From contig JADHYN010000005.1 of assembly GCA_016782425.1 (NCBI GenBank), positions 6,502 to 70,501 on the forward strand: DNA of 64,000 nt. Direction: 5' to 3'. The notes beneath the pieces were generated by a model that saw only the letters and a program-made list of their open reading frames with translations, was not told the origin of the DNA and searched no databases. The DNA is from Candidatus Omnitrophota bacterium (lineage in GTDB: Bacteria > Omnitrophota > Gorgyraeia > JABMRN01 > RBG-13-46-9). Of this stretch, positions 26,817-35,590 are shown piece by piece (position 1 is the first letter of the stretch; each line of letters begins with the position of its first letter). The translations under genes and the position numbers were made by a program.

Positions 26817-27762
26817 CCCTTAAAAGTTCTCTTTGGTTCTTTGAACGGCACAGTCTGTCGCGTATACTCGCTGCATCCGGTATGCCCTTTAAATACCACA
26901 TCGAGACTTTCCGCATAGATCCTATTTTGCCTCCCGGCGAAATATTCTTGTAGCGCTCTATGAGGGAAAGGTGCTTTTTAAGGACAGCTTTCCTGATATT
27001 AAGCGGGGTGGGCAGCGGCGCTCCTCCGGGAGAGCCTTCAAGATTCTTGAATATCCATGGATTACCACAAGCGCCTCTCGCGACCAGTATTCCGTCCGTG
27101 CTTGTTTCATCCAGCATTTTCTTTGCAAGGGGCGCGTTAAATACGTTTCCACTACCGAAAACCGGTATAGAGACGCACTTTTTCACCCTGGCGATCATGC
27201 GATAATCAACGGGACCTGAATACCCGGCTCTCTTCGTCCTGCCATGAACAAAAATCATGGAGACGCCTGCGTCCTCGCAGGCTCTCGCAAACATCTCTGC
27301 TTCTTTTTCGTCTGCATTTTCGTAGCCGATGCGCATTTTTACGGTTACGGGTATTTTTATCGATGATTTGATTTTTTTAATTATAAGCGCCGCCCTTTTT
27401 CTGTCCGTAAGAAGCGCGGCGCCTGCTTTTTTCTTTATGACTTTTTTAGCCGGGCATGCGCAATTTATGTCGAGAAATGATATCTCTCGAAGGCTTATAA
27501 GCTTGAGTGCCGCATCCTGCATGGTATCCGGGTCAGCGCCTAAAAGCTGGGCCGCGATCGGCTTATCAAGTTTTGTCGTTTTAAGTATTTCGATGTTATT
27601 ATCTTTTCTGTATAGAAGGGCCTTTGTGTCCAACATTTCAAAAAAGCAAAATTTAGCGCCGTGTTCTCTCGCGATCAAACGGAAGGAAAGATCCGTAACC
27701 CCGGACATCGGCGCTAAAAATACATTGGTATTAAGGGCAATTCCATTTAGCTTAAAATTCAT
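26788..27762 (-). CDS. tRNA-dihydrouridine synthase
   Basis: LAPMSGVTDLSFR, DINCACP, VTVKMRIG, HGRT motifs. The start was trimmed to Met62 of the track ORF (MNFKLNG...). The 3' end overlaps the convergent lipoprotein gene by 29 nt. Confidence 0.85.
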   Translation of the reverse strand: MNFKLNGIALNTNVFLAPMSGVTDLSFRLIAREHGAKFCFFEMLDTKALLYRKDNNIEILKTTKLDKPIAAQLLGADPDTMQDAALKLISLREISFLDINCACPAKKVIKKKAGAALLTDRKRAALIIKKIKSSIKIPVTVKMRIGYENADEKEAEMFARACEDAGVSMIFVHGRTKRAGYSGPVDYRMIARVKKCVSIPVFGSGNVFNAPLAKKMLDETSTDGILVARGACGNPWIFKNLEGSPGGAPLPTPLNIRKAVLKKHLSLIERYKNISPGGKIGSMRKVSMWYLKGIPDAASIRDRLCRSKNQRELLRVISSIQAAI

Positions 27763-27849
27763 ACTGCTATTATATGACATCAACTCTAAAACAACACTAA
27801 TTAAATTATGTCTCGTTTGATGCTCGAATCTGGTATCTAGGCGCTGGCT

Positions 27850-27976
27850 GCTGGTATGGAAACTAGAAGCTGAAAACTTGAAGCTGGTATAAACGCCTAT
27901 ACTAGATTCTCGCTTCAAGCTTCCGGCTTCCATACCAGCTGCCATAGCCCAGGTCCTAGCTTCCGGTTTCCATAGT
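27850..27976. repeat. Four copies (two direct, two inverted) of a TATGGAARCYRGAAGCT-like motif
   Basis: Copies at 27850-27870, 27881-27895, 27918-27938 (inverted) and 27959-27976 (inverted), in the divergent dus/greA intergenic region. Confidence 0.55.
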
Positions 27977-28006
27977 AACCCCCCTATATATAATATAAGA
28001 TATGCC

Positions 28007-28035
28007 TTGAGACAAGCTATTTTTAAGAGTATAAT
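28007..28035 (+). promoter_or_regulatory. Promoter (TTGAGA, 17 nt, TATAAT) for greA
   Basis: TTGAGA at 28007-28012 and TATAAT at 28030-28035. Confidence 0.65.
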
Positions 28036-28057
28036 CTATAAAATTAAGGAGACTTGA

Positions 28058-28528
28058 ATGAGTGACATATATCTGACCCCGGAAGGATATGAGAAAATAC
28101 GAAAAGAGCTTGAACGCCTTAAAGGGCCCAAAAGAAGAGAACTTTCAAAAGCCATCGGGAAAGCCAGGGATTACGGCGACATAAGCGAAAACGCCGAATA
28201 CGATGCGGCGAAAGACGCGCAGGGGCACAATGAAGCAAGGATCGCCAAGCTTGAAGAAAAGCTCGCGCGCGGGCAAATCATAGACGATTCGAAGATAGCA
28301 AAAGACGAGGCCCTCATAGGCGCCACGGTAAAGCTTAAAGACATGGCCACGAAAGAAGAAGTTGATTACACCCTCGTGTCCGAGCTTGAAGCGGATATAA
28401 TGGAGGGCAAGATATCAGTGACCTCACCGATAGGGCAAGGGCTTCTCGGCCACAAAAAAAATGAGGTAGTGGAAATCAGCGTGCCGGCAGGGAAGATCAA
28501 ATACAAAATATTAAAAATCTCCCGATGA
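28058..28528 (+). CDS. greA: Transcription elongation factor GreA
   Basis: LTPEGYEKIRKELERLK...ISENAEYDAAKD, 156 aa. RBS AAGGAG. Confidence 0.95.
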   Translation: MSDIYLTPEGYEKIRKELERLKGPKRRELSKAIGKARDYGDISENAEYDAAKDAQGHNEARIAKLEEKLARGQIIDDSKIAKDEALIGATVKLKDMATKEEVDYTLVSELEADIMEGKISVTSPIGQGLLGHKKNEVVEISVPAGKIKYKILKISR

Positions 28529-29388
28529 TACCACCATTACTTTCCCTTATTTCCCCTTATCGCCCCTTATTTTCCCTTATTTCCCCTTATCGCCCCTTAT
28601 TTTCCCTTATTTCCCCTTATCGCCCCTTATTTTCCCTTATCACTCTTTTTCTCCTCATCTCTTTTACGCACATAGCACTCGCGGACGATCCCCATAAACC
28701 CATAGAGACCTCCACGAGAGCCCATCTTTACAAATACCCCATGCACTCGAAAGTAGTGAGAACCATAAAGCTCCCGAAGCAAGGATACCCCGAGGGAATT
28801 TTGGTCGGAAAATACGAGATTCTCCTGAATAACGGCTCGGGCGGGGCGACTTACGCCATAGACATCGCCTCGGGAAAAATAACCTCCTACATAGAGCCGG
28901 TCGCTACGTTCTCGGAAGGAATTACAGGGGACAATAAGGGAAACTACTGGGTAACTGACTGGGACACGAAAAAGATCTACAGGGTGAGAATAGAAAAAAG
29001 TAAAATGGTTCCCGAGTCAGGGTTTTCTTTCGAGCCCGCTCACCCCGCAGGAGTCGTCTGGGTAAGCCCCTACCTTTATGTGATCACGTGGACGCGCGGC
29101 CTCGGCACAAAATACCACATCGTCAAGCTGGACAGGGATTTCAGCATAATAAAGCGCGAGCGACTCAAGGGCATTTCAGAGCCCTCACAGATCGCGTGGG
29201 ACGGGAAAAACTTCTGGGTATCAAGCTGGTTCAACCAATGCGTCTACAAGCTCGATCCGGTTACGTTTAAAATAAAAAGCTTCTTCAAAACGCCTATCAA
29301 AAAGGTTACGGGCGTTGCCTGGGACGGAAAAAACTTCTGGGTCACAGGCACCGACGACGACCTCTACGAAATCGAAGTCAAGCAATAA
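28525..29388 (+). CDS. Secreted beta-propeller protein, glutamine-cyclotransferase-like, with a repeat-encoded N-terminus
   Basis: ATGA overlap with greA. The N-terminus carries 3 x (SLISPYRPLF) before a signal-like LITLFLLISFTHIALA. The body has FSEGITGDNKGNYWVTDWDTKKIY, GKNFWVSSW and GKNFWVTG blades. Confidence 0.55.
   Translation: MIPPLLSLISPYRPLFSLISPYRPLFSLISPYRPLFSLITLFLLISFTHIALADDPHKPIETSTRAHLYKYPMHSKVVRTIKLPKQGYPEGILVGKYEILLNNGSGGATYAIDIASGKITSYIEPVATFSEGITGDNKGNYWVTDWDTKKIYRVRIEKSKMVPESGFSFEPAHPAGVVWVSPYLYVITWTRGLGTKYHIVKLDRDFSIIKRERLKGISEPSQIAWDGKNFWVSSWFNQCVYKLDPVTFKIKSFFKTPIKKVTGVAWDGKNFWVTGTDDDLYEIEVKQ
28545..28644 (+). repeat. Tandem repeat: 30-bp unit x3 plus a partial unit, each unit built of three YNYCCCTTAT decamers
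   Basis: TTTCCCTTAT TTCCCCTTAT CGCCCCTTAT is repeated head to tail, in frame inside the CDS. Confidence 0.9.
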
Positions 29389-29396
29389 CAAATCCC

Positions 29397-29425
29397 TTGA
29401 GACTTGTTGCTCTTCAGGGTATAAT
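29397..29425 (+). promoter_or_regulatory. Promoter (TTGAGA, 17 nt, TATAAT)
   Basis: TTGAGA at 29397-29402 and TATAAT at 29420-29425. The ATG at 29435 is only 9 nt downstream. Confidence 0.6.
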
Positions 29426-29434
29426 TTCTAAACA

Positions 29435-29722
29435 ATGGATAGCGTAATATACCAGAATCACCTTAAGGACGAGTTTCTCAAATACGAGGCCATGTGTGCA
29501 CAATGCGGGCAGTGTTGCGGCGCAAATACCAATGACCCCTGCGCAAACCTCGAAGCGCTCGGAAACGGTAAATACGCGTGCCGCGCGTATGAGACGAGGC
29601 TCGGCATTCAGAAGACAGTCAAGGGCAATATCTTCATCTGCGTCTCTATAAAAGATAATATTCAAAAAGGTTTCTACAGTTCAAAGTGCACTTATATAAC
29701 TACAAAGCAAGAGGCCGAATAA
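29435..29722 (+). CDS. YkgJ/UPF0153-like cysteine-cluster protein
   Basis: CAQCGQCCG...C...C matches the CxxCGxCC motif of the putative zinc/iron-chelating domain. Confidence 0.5.
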   Translation: MDSVIYQNHLKDEFLKYEAMCAQCGQCCGANTNDPCANLEALGNGKYACRAYETRLGIQKTVKGNIFICVSIKDNIQKGFYSSKCTYITTKQEAE

Positions 29723-29723
29723 T

Positions 29724-30080
29724 ATGCTGGCAAAAATACTAGGAACACTTTGGATCGCTTTTGGGCTTTTCTGGCTCATAAAGCCTGCTTCCTTAAAAAT
29801 GCGTCTTGAGAAAAAAATAGGGCGCAAGATAAAACTCATTGTATACATATTTATCCTCGTATTCGGAATATTGATTTTAGCAAGCGTCATAAGGGCCCCC
29901 GGCTGGCTTCCAAAGCTCGTCGGGCTATTGGGCATAGCCATAACCATATACGCCATACGGCTCCTAACCACCAGGACCTCCGAAAAAATTCTTCTTTGGC
30001 TGGGCAGCAAACCCCTGCCTTTTTTCAGGATTCTTGCGCTGGCCATAACCGGCATCGGAATCATGCTAATGCTTGCTTAG
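29724..30080 (+). CDS. Hypothetical membrane protein
   Basis: Four hydrophobic segments. No motif recognised. Confidence 0.5.
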   Translation: MLAKILGTLWIAFGLFWLIKPASLKMRLEKKIGRKIKLIVYIFILVFGILILASVIRAPGWLPKLVGLLGIAITIYAIRLLTTRTSEKILLWLGSKPLPFFRILALAITGIGIMLMLA

Positions 30081-30112
30081 CAAAAAGGTATACGATATAA
30101 TACAACGTAATC

Positions 30113-30652
30113 ATGATACCTTTTATATCTCTGCCAGCAAAAATAATTAGACTTCTTGAATCAAACGTATCGCCGGCTGAAATAGCCGGCGGCGTGTGTC
30201 TGGGTATGTTTATCGGGTTTACCCCGTTTAACGGCCCCATGATGATCGTCCTTATCGGGCTCTTCCTCATTTTAAAATTCAACCGGCTCTCAACGCTTAT
30301 TACTCTGCCCATATTTAAACTTTTTTACGTTCTGGGGATAAGCTCGTTCACAAACACCCTCGGAGAATACGCTCTCATTAACGCCGAATACCTTACTTAT
30401 TTCTGGAGGTTTATTACGAGCCTGCCGGTCATAGCTTATTTTGGGCTTAATAATACCCTGGTAGCCGGGGGGCTTTTGCTATCGGCGATATTATCTATTC
30501 CCGTATTTTTTGTGTCAAAAAAATTAGCTTTTGAGATAAAGTCAAGATACGGAGAAAAAATAAAAAATATTAAGTTTTTCAAATGGGTAAAAAGTCTCCC
30601 AATAGTAAGCCACCTTTTAAAAGCGATAAATAAATTAAAGAGTATGGGATAA
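30113..30652 (+). CDS. DUF2062 / TIGR03546-like membrane protein
   Basis: SPAEIAGGVCLGMFIGFTPFNGPMMIVLIGLFLILKFN is the typical DUF2062 core. Confidence 0.55.
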   Translation: MIPFISLPAKIIRLLESNVSPAEIAGGVCLGMFIGFTPFNGPMMIVLIGLFLILKFNRLSTLITLPIFKLFYVLGISSFTNTLGEYALINAEYLTYFWRFITSLPVIAYFGLNNTLVAGGLLLSAILSIPVFFVSKKLAFEIKSRYGEKIKNIKFFKWVKSLPIVSHLLKAINKLKSMG

Positions 30653-30656
30653 CGCC

Positions 30657-32018
30657 GTGTTTACGCGAATAAATATACCCGGGATAATTATACTGGTCAT
30701 CGTTCTTTGCGCAATTCAGCTGGGCGTGGGGTATTTTTTAAGTCCCGCCCTTAAAACGGTAATAGTAAAAACTATAAACGAAAGAACCTCGGCCAAAATA
30801 GAGCTTGACGTAGCGCGCATCTGGCCGCTTACGCTTTCCTGTTCGGTAAACGGGCTCAAGATCTACGATAAAGCCGGCAGGGAGAACTTGGCAAACATAG
30901 GCAACGCCTCTTTGCGGCTAAGCCCTTGGGCGCTTCTTTCAAAGCGCGTAGTCCTGTCAAAAGTAAGCGTAAAAAACGCTGAAGTTTTCCTGAAAAAGCG
31001 TCCTGACGGCAGCTTTAACATAGAGCAAATTGGCCAGAGTAGGGAAGAGGCCGGAAAACCTTTTTATACCGCTGCGCTGGACCGGTTTAAGGGAAAAAAA
31101 GACTGGTTTAGTATTGTCTATTCGACCCTTCAGAAGGTATCTTCAAAAAAAGCCACGGAAAAAAAGAATGAGGAACGCAAAGAGGAGAAAAAGGTAACGC
31201 GGGAAGTCACCGAACTTCCGAGGGGAAAAATCGTAAGATTCAAGACTGTAAGGGATGATTACCTTTTTGAGATCCGTTCGCTTAGCATAAAAAATGCCAT
31301 GATACACATGGAAGCAAGCCCGAGCAATGATGTGGATATCAAAAAAGCGTCCATAAGATTACAAAAGGTAGTGATGGACCCGTTAAAAGGGGCGCGGTTC
31401 GATGGTTTTTCGGCAAGCGGGAGCCTGAAAAAAGGTAAAAAGAAAGCCGGTTCTTTCTCGCTCAAATACGCGCAAAAATACGGCCGCGGTTCATTGAAAA
31501 CCGAATTTAACTTCTCAGGAAAGAATATCGATATGGCCGCGCTTTCTTTTATATACCGGGATTCGCTTCCTGCCGTAACAATAAAGAAAGGTATTCTTAG
31601 CCTAAGCTCAAAAACCGATATTACAAACGGCAAGCTTAATTCGCGGAACTCTCTTTCGCTTAGAAATCAGGAAGTGGAAGCGAAAAGCCCCCGACAAAAC
31701 ATATTTGACCAGTTCGGAGGTTCATTTATCGCGGCAGCGCTCAACAAGATCGATCCGTTTAACATTAAATTTAAGATAGGCGGAACAATTGAAAGCCCTG
31801 AGTTTAGCGGGTTTCAGGAATCCTTTAAGAAAATTGTCACGCCATACATAGAAGATTTGAAAGCGCAGGCCGTAAGCTCCACAAAAAACTTTATCAAGGA
31901 AAAAGTTAGAGATGCTATGGGCGGCACCACTCAAGATAACGGAAAAAACGCTTCCGAAAAAGCGCAGGAAGCGGTAGATTCCATCAAATCGTTCTTCCAG
32001 AGTAAAGAACCCAAATAA
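30657..32018 (+). CDS. AsmA-like / TIGR03545-like membrane-anchored protein
   Basis: GTG start, an N-terminal TM helix, then a long beta-rich region. Adjacency to a DUF2062 gene matches the TIGR03545/TIGR03546 pairing as I recall it. Confidence 0.45.
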   Translation: MFTRINIPGIIILVIVLCAIQLGVGYFLSPALKTVIVKTINERTSAKIELDVARIWPLTLSCSVNGLKIYDKAGRENLANIGNASLRLSPWALLSKRVVLSKVSVKNAEVFLKKRPDGSFNIEQIGQSREEAGKPFYTAALDRFKGKKDWFSIVYSTLQKVSSKKATEKKNEERKEEKKVTREVTELPRGKIVRFKTVRDDYLFEIRSLSIKNAMIHMEASPSNDVDIKKASIRLQKVVMDPLKGARFDGFSASGSLKKGKKKAGSFSLKYAQKYGRGSLKTEFNFSGKNIDMAALSFIYRDSLPAVTIKKGILSLSSKTDITNGKLNSRNSLSLRNQEVEAKSPRQNIFDQFGGSFIAAALNKIDPFNIKFKIGGTIESPEFSGFQESFKKIVTPYIEDLKAQAVSSTKNFIKEKVRDAMGGTTQDNGKNASEKAQEAVDSIKSFFQSKEPK

Positions 32019-32030
32019 AAAGGAGAAAAA

Positions 32031-32981
32031 ATGTTTAGGGAAAAAATTAAAGTGCTCGATTGTACCGTGCGTGACGGCGGGCTTATGAATAAGCATGACT
32101 TTGACCGAAGGTTTGTCCGGGCGGTTTATAAAGCTGTTTCCGAAACCGGGGTGGACTATATAGAGTTGGGCTATAAAAATTCAAAAAAGCTATTTTCCAC
32201 AAAGGAATACGGCCTCTGGAAATTCTGCGATGATGATGAAATAAAAAAAGTTATCGAAGGCATTGAATCAAAGACAAAGGTATCTGTCATGGTGGACGTG
32301 GACAGAGTTGATCTGGAAGACGTAAAACCGGCTCAAGAAAGCCCGGTGGATATGATACGCACTGCAAGCTATGTCAAAGACATAGATAAGGCGATACATA
32401 TGGCTAATCACTTTTCAGAAAAGGGCTACGAAGCCACGATAAACATCATGGCCATATCAAGGGATCAGGGGAAAGAACTTGAGGAGGCCCTTCATCAGAT
32501 AGAAGAAGAAGCAAAAATATGCGCCCTTTACATAGTTGACTCTTTCGGCGCATTATACCAGGAGCCGGTAGAGCGGCTCGTAAAACTTTTTAGAAACATA
32601 GTAAAAACAAAAGAAGTAGGCTTTCACGGGCACAACAACCAGCAGCTCGCTTTTGGCAACACCATAGAGGCGATTATACACGATGCAAACTACCTTGATG
32701 GCACTGTTTACGGGATAGGCCGCGCCGCGGGAAATTGCCCGCTTGAGCTTCTAATAGGTTTTTTAAAGAACCCGAAGTTCGACATCAGGCCTATACTTGA
32801 TCTTATATCAACGGAATTTATCCCGCTTAGTAAAAAAATCGAATGGGGATACGTCATACCATACGCCATATCAGGCATGATGAACGAGCATCCAAAAGCT
32901 GCTATGGCGCTTAGAAAAACTCTCAAGAAGGAAAACTATAGAGAGTTCTACGAGAGCCTCCTGGCAACAGATCTTGATTAA
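32031..32981 (+). CDS. HMGL-like (DRE-TIM metallolyase) aldolase-family protein
   Basis: KVLDCTVRDGG...DYIELGY...GFHGHNNQQLA are pyruvate-carboxyltransferase-domain motifs. Confidence 0.65.
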   Translation: MFREKIKVLDCTVRDGGLMNKHDFDRRFVRAVYKAVSETGVDYIELGYKNSKKLFSTKEYGLWKFCDDDEIKKVIEGIESKTKVSVMVDVDRVDLEDVKPAQESPVDMIRTASYVKDIDKAIHMANHFSEKGYEATINIMAISRDQGKELEEALHQIEEEAKICALYIVDSFGALYQEPVERLVKLFRNIVKTKEVGFHGHNNQQLAFGNTIEAIIHDANYLDGTVYGIGRAAGNCPLELLIGFLKNPKFDIRPILDLISTEFIPLSKKIEWGYVIPYAISGMMNEHPKAAMALRKTLKKENYREFYESLLATDLD

Positions 32982-33602
32982 ATGAATCTCAAGTCCTTCA
33001 AAAAGCTCCCTGTGATGGGCATATTGCGCGGCATCAAAAAAGATGCCGTATCAGGCCTTGTCGAAACCATGACAGGATCCGGCCTCCGGACAGTCGAAAT
33101 CGCCATGAACACAAAGGCTGCCCCGGAGCTTATCAAGGCCATGCGTAAAAAAGCAGGTTCGCAGCTTACAGTAGGCGCAGGCACTGTCCTCACCTTAGAA
33201 AGCTTAAAAAAAGCCCTTGATGCAGGGGCAAGCTTCATAGTGCTGCCCGTACTTGCAGATGAGGTTGTAGCGGCCTGCCGGAAGCGCAAAATTCCGGTAT
33301 TTCCGGGCGCTTTTACGCCGCAGGAGATATATAGGGCCTGGCAAGCCGGGGCTACAATGGTAAAAGTCTTTCCGGCCAAGTTTTTCGGGCCCGCGTACTT
33401 CAAAGAAATAAAGGGCCCTTTTAATGATATTGAACTTCTCGCGTGCGGGGGTATAACACCGGAAACAGTGCGCGAATTCCTCTCAAGCGGCGCCTCAGCA
33501 GTGGCCTTTGGGGCAAGTATATTCAAAAAAGAATGGCTAAAGGCACGCGATTATACTCGTATAGGCGAATGTATTAAAAATCTCCTGAAAGCATCCGCCT
33601 GA
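32982..33602 (+). CDS. eda: KDPG / 4-hydroxy-2-oxoglutarate aldolase
   Basis: VMGILRG...VEIAMNT...VGAGTVLT...FPGAFTPQEI...VKVFPA. 206 aa. Confidence 0.85.
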   Translation: MNLKSFKKLPVMGILRGIKKDAVSGLVETMTGSGLRTVEIAMNTKAAPELIKAMRKKAGSQLTVGAGTVLTLESLKKALDAGASFIVLPVLADEVVAACRKRKIPVFPGAFTPQEIYRAWQAGATMVKVFPAKFFGPAYFKEIKGPFNDIELLACGGITPETVREFLSSGASAVAFGASIFKKEWLKARDYTRIGECIKNLLKASA

Positions 33603-33659
33603 CCTTGCAAAACATACCATAAGCAGGTATACTTACTAACGCTAAAAAGGAGGTGTTTT

Positions 33660-33806
33660 ATGAGTGGTAAAATGTTTTTTCAGGTCATTCTTTTAATTAT
33701 AATAGCTGCTGTAGTAATGAGCGCTACGAAGATCGCCATGAAGTATGCGTATTGTTCATACACCGGCAAAACGCCCGGCTATAAGATGCAGAGCGTACAG
33801 AAATAA
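33660..33806 (+). CDS. Small membrane protein (48 aa), below the track cutoff
   Basis: My own translation is MSGKMFFQVILLIIIAAVVMSATKIAMKYAYCSYTGKTPGYKMQSVQK. It has a strong RBS (AAAGGAGG), an upstream CTTGCA...TATACT promoter and a clean terminator downstream. Confidence 0.55.
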   Translation: MSGKMFFQVILLIIIAAVVMSATKIAMKYAYCSYTGKTPGYKMQSVQK

Positions 33807-33844
33807 TCGAATTCGTGCGCGCAAATGCAAGCACGTAATGAAAG

Positions 33845-33870
33845 CCCCGGTTAAATCCGGGGTTTTTATT
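33845..33870 (+). terminator. Rho-independent terminator
   Basis: CCCCGG-ttaaat-CCGGGG followed by TTTTTATT. Confidence 0.8.
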
Positions 33871-33896
33871 AAGAATAGGTTCTTACAGGAGGAATA

Positions 33897-34322
33897 ATGG
33901 AGAAGAAAAGATTGACCGGTGTAATAGCGATAAGCTTATACAGCCTGCTTCTTGCCGCAGCGTTGCTGAGCATGTTTATAGTGCGTTTATTTGCCTATAG
34001 CGCAGTAGGAAGTTTTGACCAAAAAGTTATTTATTTTCTTTATATGCTGATTCAAGTAATGCCTTTAGCCTTCGCAGGCATGCTGATGCTTAAGCTAAGA
34101 AGATGGGGAAGGGTGCTAAGCTTAATTATGCACGGATATGTTTTTTTGCTCTCTTTTCAAACGCTCATTACTCTGACAAATTATTATCTTATCAAAGAAA
34201 GTCTCGCGCAATTCACTCCCGGAAAACTCTCTCTTATGCTGTTAGCCGCTGCCGGAGTGCTGGTTTCATCAGTTATTATTTACTATTTAACGCGCCCTAA
34301 AGTAAGGGAAATGTTTACCTAG
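33897..34322 (+). CDS. Hypothetical membrane protein (4 TM)
   Basis: RBS AGGAGG. Hydrophobic profile only. Confidence 0.5.
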   Translation: MEKKRLTGVIAISLYSLLLAAALLSMFIVRLFAYSAVGSFDQKVIYFLYMLIQVMPLAFAGMLMLKLRRWGRVLSLIMHGYVFLLSFQTLITLTNYYLIKESLAQFTPGKLSLMLLAAAGVLVSSVIIYYLTRPKVREMFT

Positions 34323-34330
34323 GAGGAAAA

Positions 34331-34564
34331 ATGAAACTACCTACAAAACAAGTCTTAGTCAGAGAAGGACTCATATTGCTTGGTATCGTGCTGATATCCG
34401 CCATTATCATATTTTCCCTGACCACAACCGAGTTCGCGATAGTCGGCGAGCAAACCGGCCAAAAAATAGTTACGCTTGCTTTTATTTTAATGTTTCTCGG
34501 CTATCCCATTTACTTCCTCTTCCGCCTCATAATCCGGGCCATAACAACAATGAAGAGCCAATAG
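34331..34564 (+). CDS. Hypothetical membrane protein (2 TM)
   Basis: RBS AGGAGG directly upstream. Confidence 0.5.
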   Translation: MKLPTKQVLVREGLILLGIVLISAIIIFSLTTTEFAIVGEQTGQKIVTLAFILMFLGYPIYFLFRLIIRAITTMKSQ

Positions 34565-34719
34565 TACCAAAAGGCTTCATGTTAAACATTTCCGCAGGCC
34601 GCTCTATCGATAAAAACTGAAGAGTCGGAATATTACATTACTATTACAAAATTTTTTTGCAATCTGTGATAACATTAAAGTTGTAGTTTGGAATAATTGT
34701 AACTTATAAAGGAGAGAGC

Positions 34720-35061
34720 ATGCCACCGGTAGACGAGAGGCGAGAATATAGAAGAAAAAAAGCTTCTTTCCCTGTCAGATGTAAAAAGATATACGGCGAC
34801 AGGTTTATAGAAAAAGACACTCTGACAAAGAATATAGGCGAAAAAGGCGCTTGCATAGAATGCGACGGCGTCTTGCCCTTGAACAGCAGATTGTTTGTAG
34901 AAATACAACTTTCCCCTTTGTCTAAAACATTGCGCGCGCTTTCACGTATAGTATGGATAAAAAAGCTTCGGCGGGAAAACGGATACGAATTAGGCGTCGA
35001 GTTTATTTCGTTAAAGGAAGGACAGGACTCAGATCTTTCCGAATGTATTAACCTGCTATAG
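34720..35061 (+). CDS. PilZ-domain protein (c-di-GMP receptor type)
   Basis: RREYRR (RxxxR) followed by ...TKNIGEKGA, a D/NxSxxG-like motif. 113 aa. Confidence 0.7.
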   Translation: MPPVDERREYRRKKASFPVRCKKIYGDRFIEKDTLTKNIGEKGACIECDGVLPLNSRLFVEIQLSPLSKTLRALSRIVWIKKLRRENGYELGVEFISLKEGQDSDLSECINLL

Positions 35062-35404
35062 ATTTATAATTTTTGCAGGGCGATTCCTTTTCCGCGGCCA
35101 TTTTCGTAGGATCGCAGCTTATCGTGGTATCCGGAAGCATTCTTTCTATGTCAACAAGGTATCCGGCCTTTTCTCCGGCCTCAAGCTCATCGCAAGCCTC
35201 ATTTAAAACCCTGACGGTGGTTTCATATTTTTTGATTACACAGTTATTTTGTATGCAAACGGACAGGAGTTGGGTTTTTTCATGGCTTAGAACCGTGTTA
35301 GTTTCCATTTTGCTTGAACCGAATAGAACCCCGGCCTTTTCCTCGGCTTCAGTTTTATTAAAGGCTTTTTGCATTACTTTGATTACGGTCTCATATTTTT
35401 TCAT
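35048..35404 (-). CDS. Hypothetical protein made of two ~50-aa internal repeats
   Basis: KKYETVIKVMQKAFNKTEAEEKAGVLF... and KKYETTVRVLNEACDELEAGEKAGYLV... Confidence 0.5.
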   Translation of the reverse strand: MKKYETVIKVMQKAFNKTEAEEKAGVLFGSSKMETNTVLSHEKTQLLSVCIQNNCVIKKYETTVRVLNEACDELEAGEKAGYLVDIERMLPDTTISCDPTKMAAEKESPCKNYKSIAG

Positions 35405-35514
35405 CGCTTGCTCCTTCTATTATAACTACTATTAAGTGGGTAGGTATTAATAACGTAACCGGAAGTTCCATATAATATAGCAAAATATTTTTTTTGTCAA
35501 GTAATTATATAAGA

Positions 35515-35552
35515 CAAAACTTCTTTTCCAAAGCTCCATTTAAGGGTATAAT
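35515..35552 (+). promoter_or_regulatory. Conserved 38-bp promoter block ending in TATAAT (copy 1, upstream of typA)
   Basis: CAAAACTTCTTTTCCAAAGCTCCATTTAAGGGTATAAT. 35 of 38 positions are identical to 62971-63008. Confidence 0.6.
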
Positions 35553-35590
35553 CTCAGGGTGCATTATCCTGTGTAGATCGACAAGAAAAA

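Noticed and set aside
28545-28644. A possible CRISPR-like repeat array.
   Set aside because: The 10/30-bp units are contiguous with no spacers and lie in frame inside a CDS. No cas genes are present.
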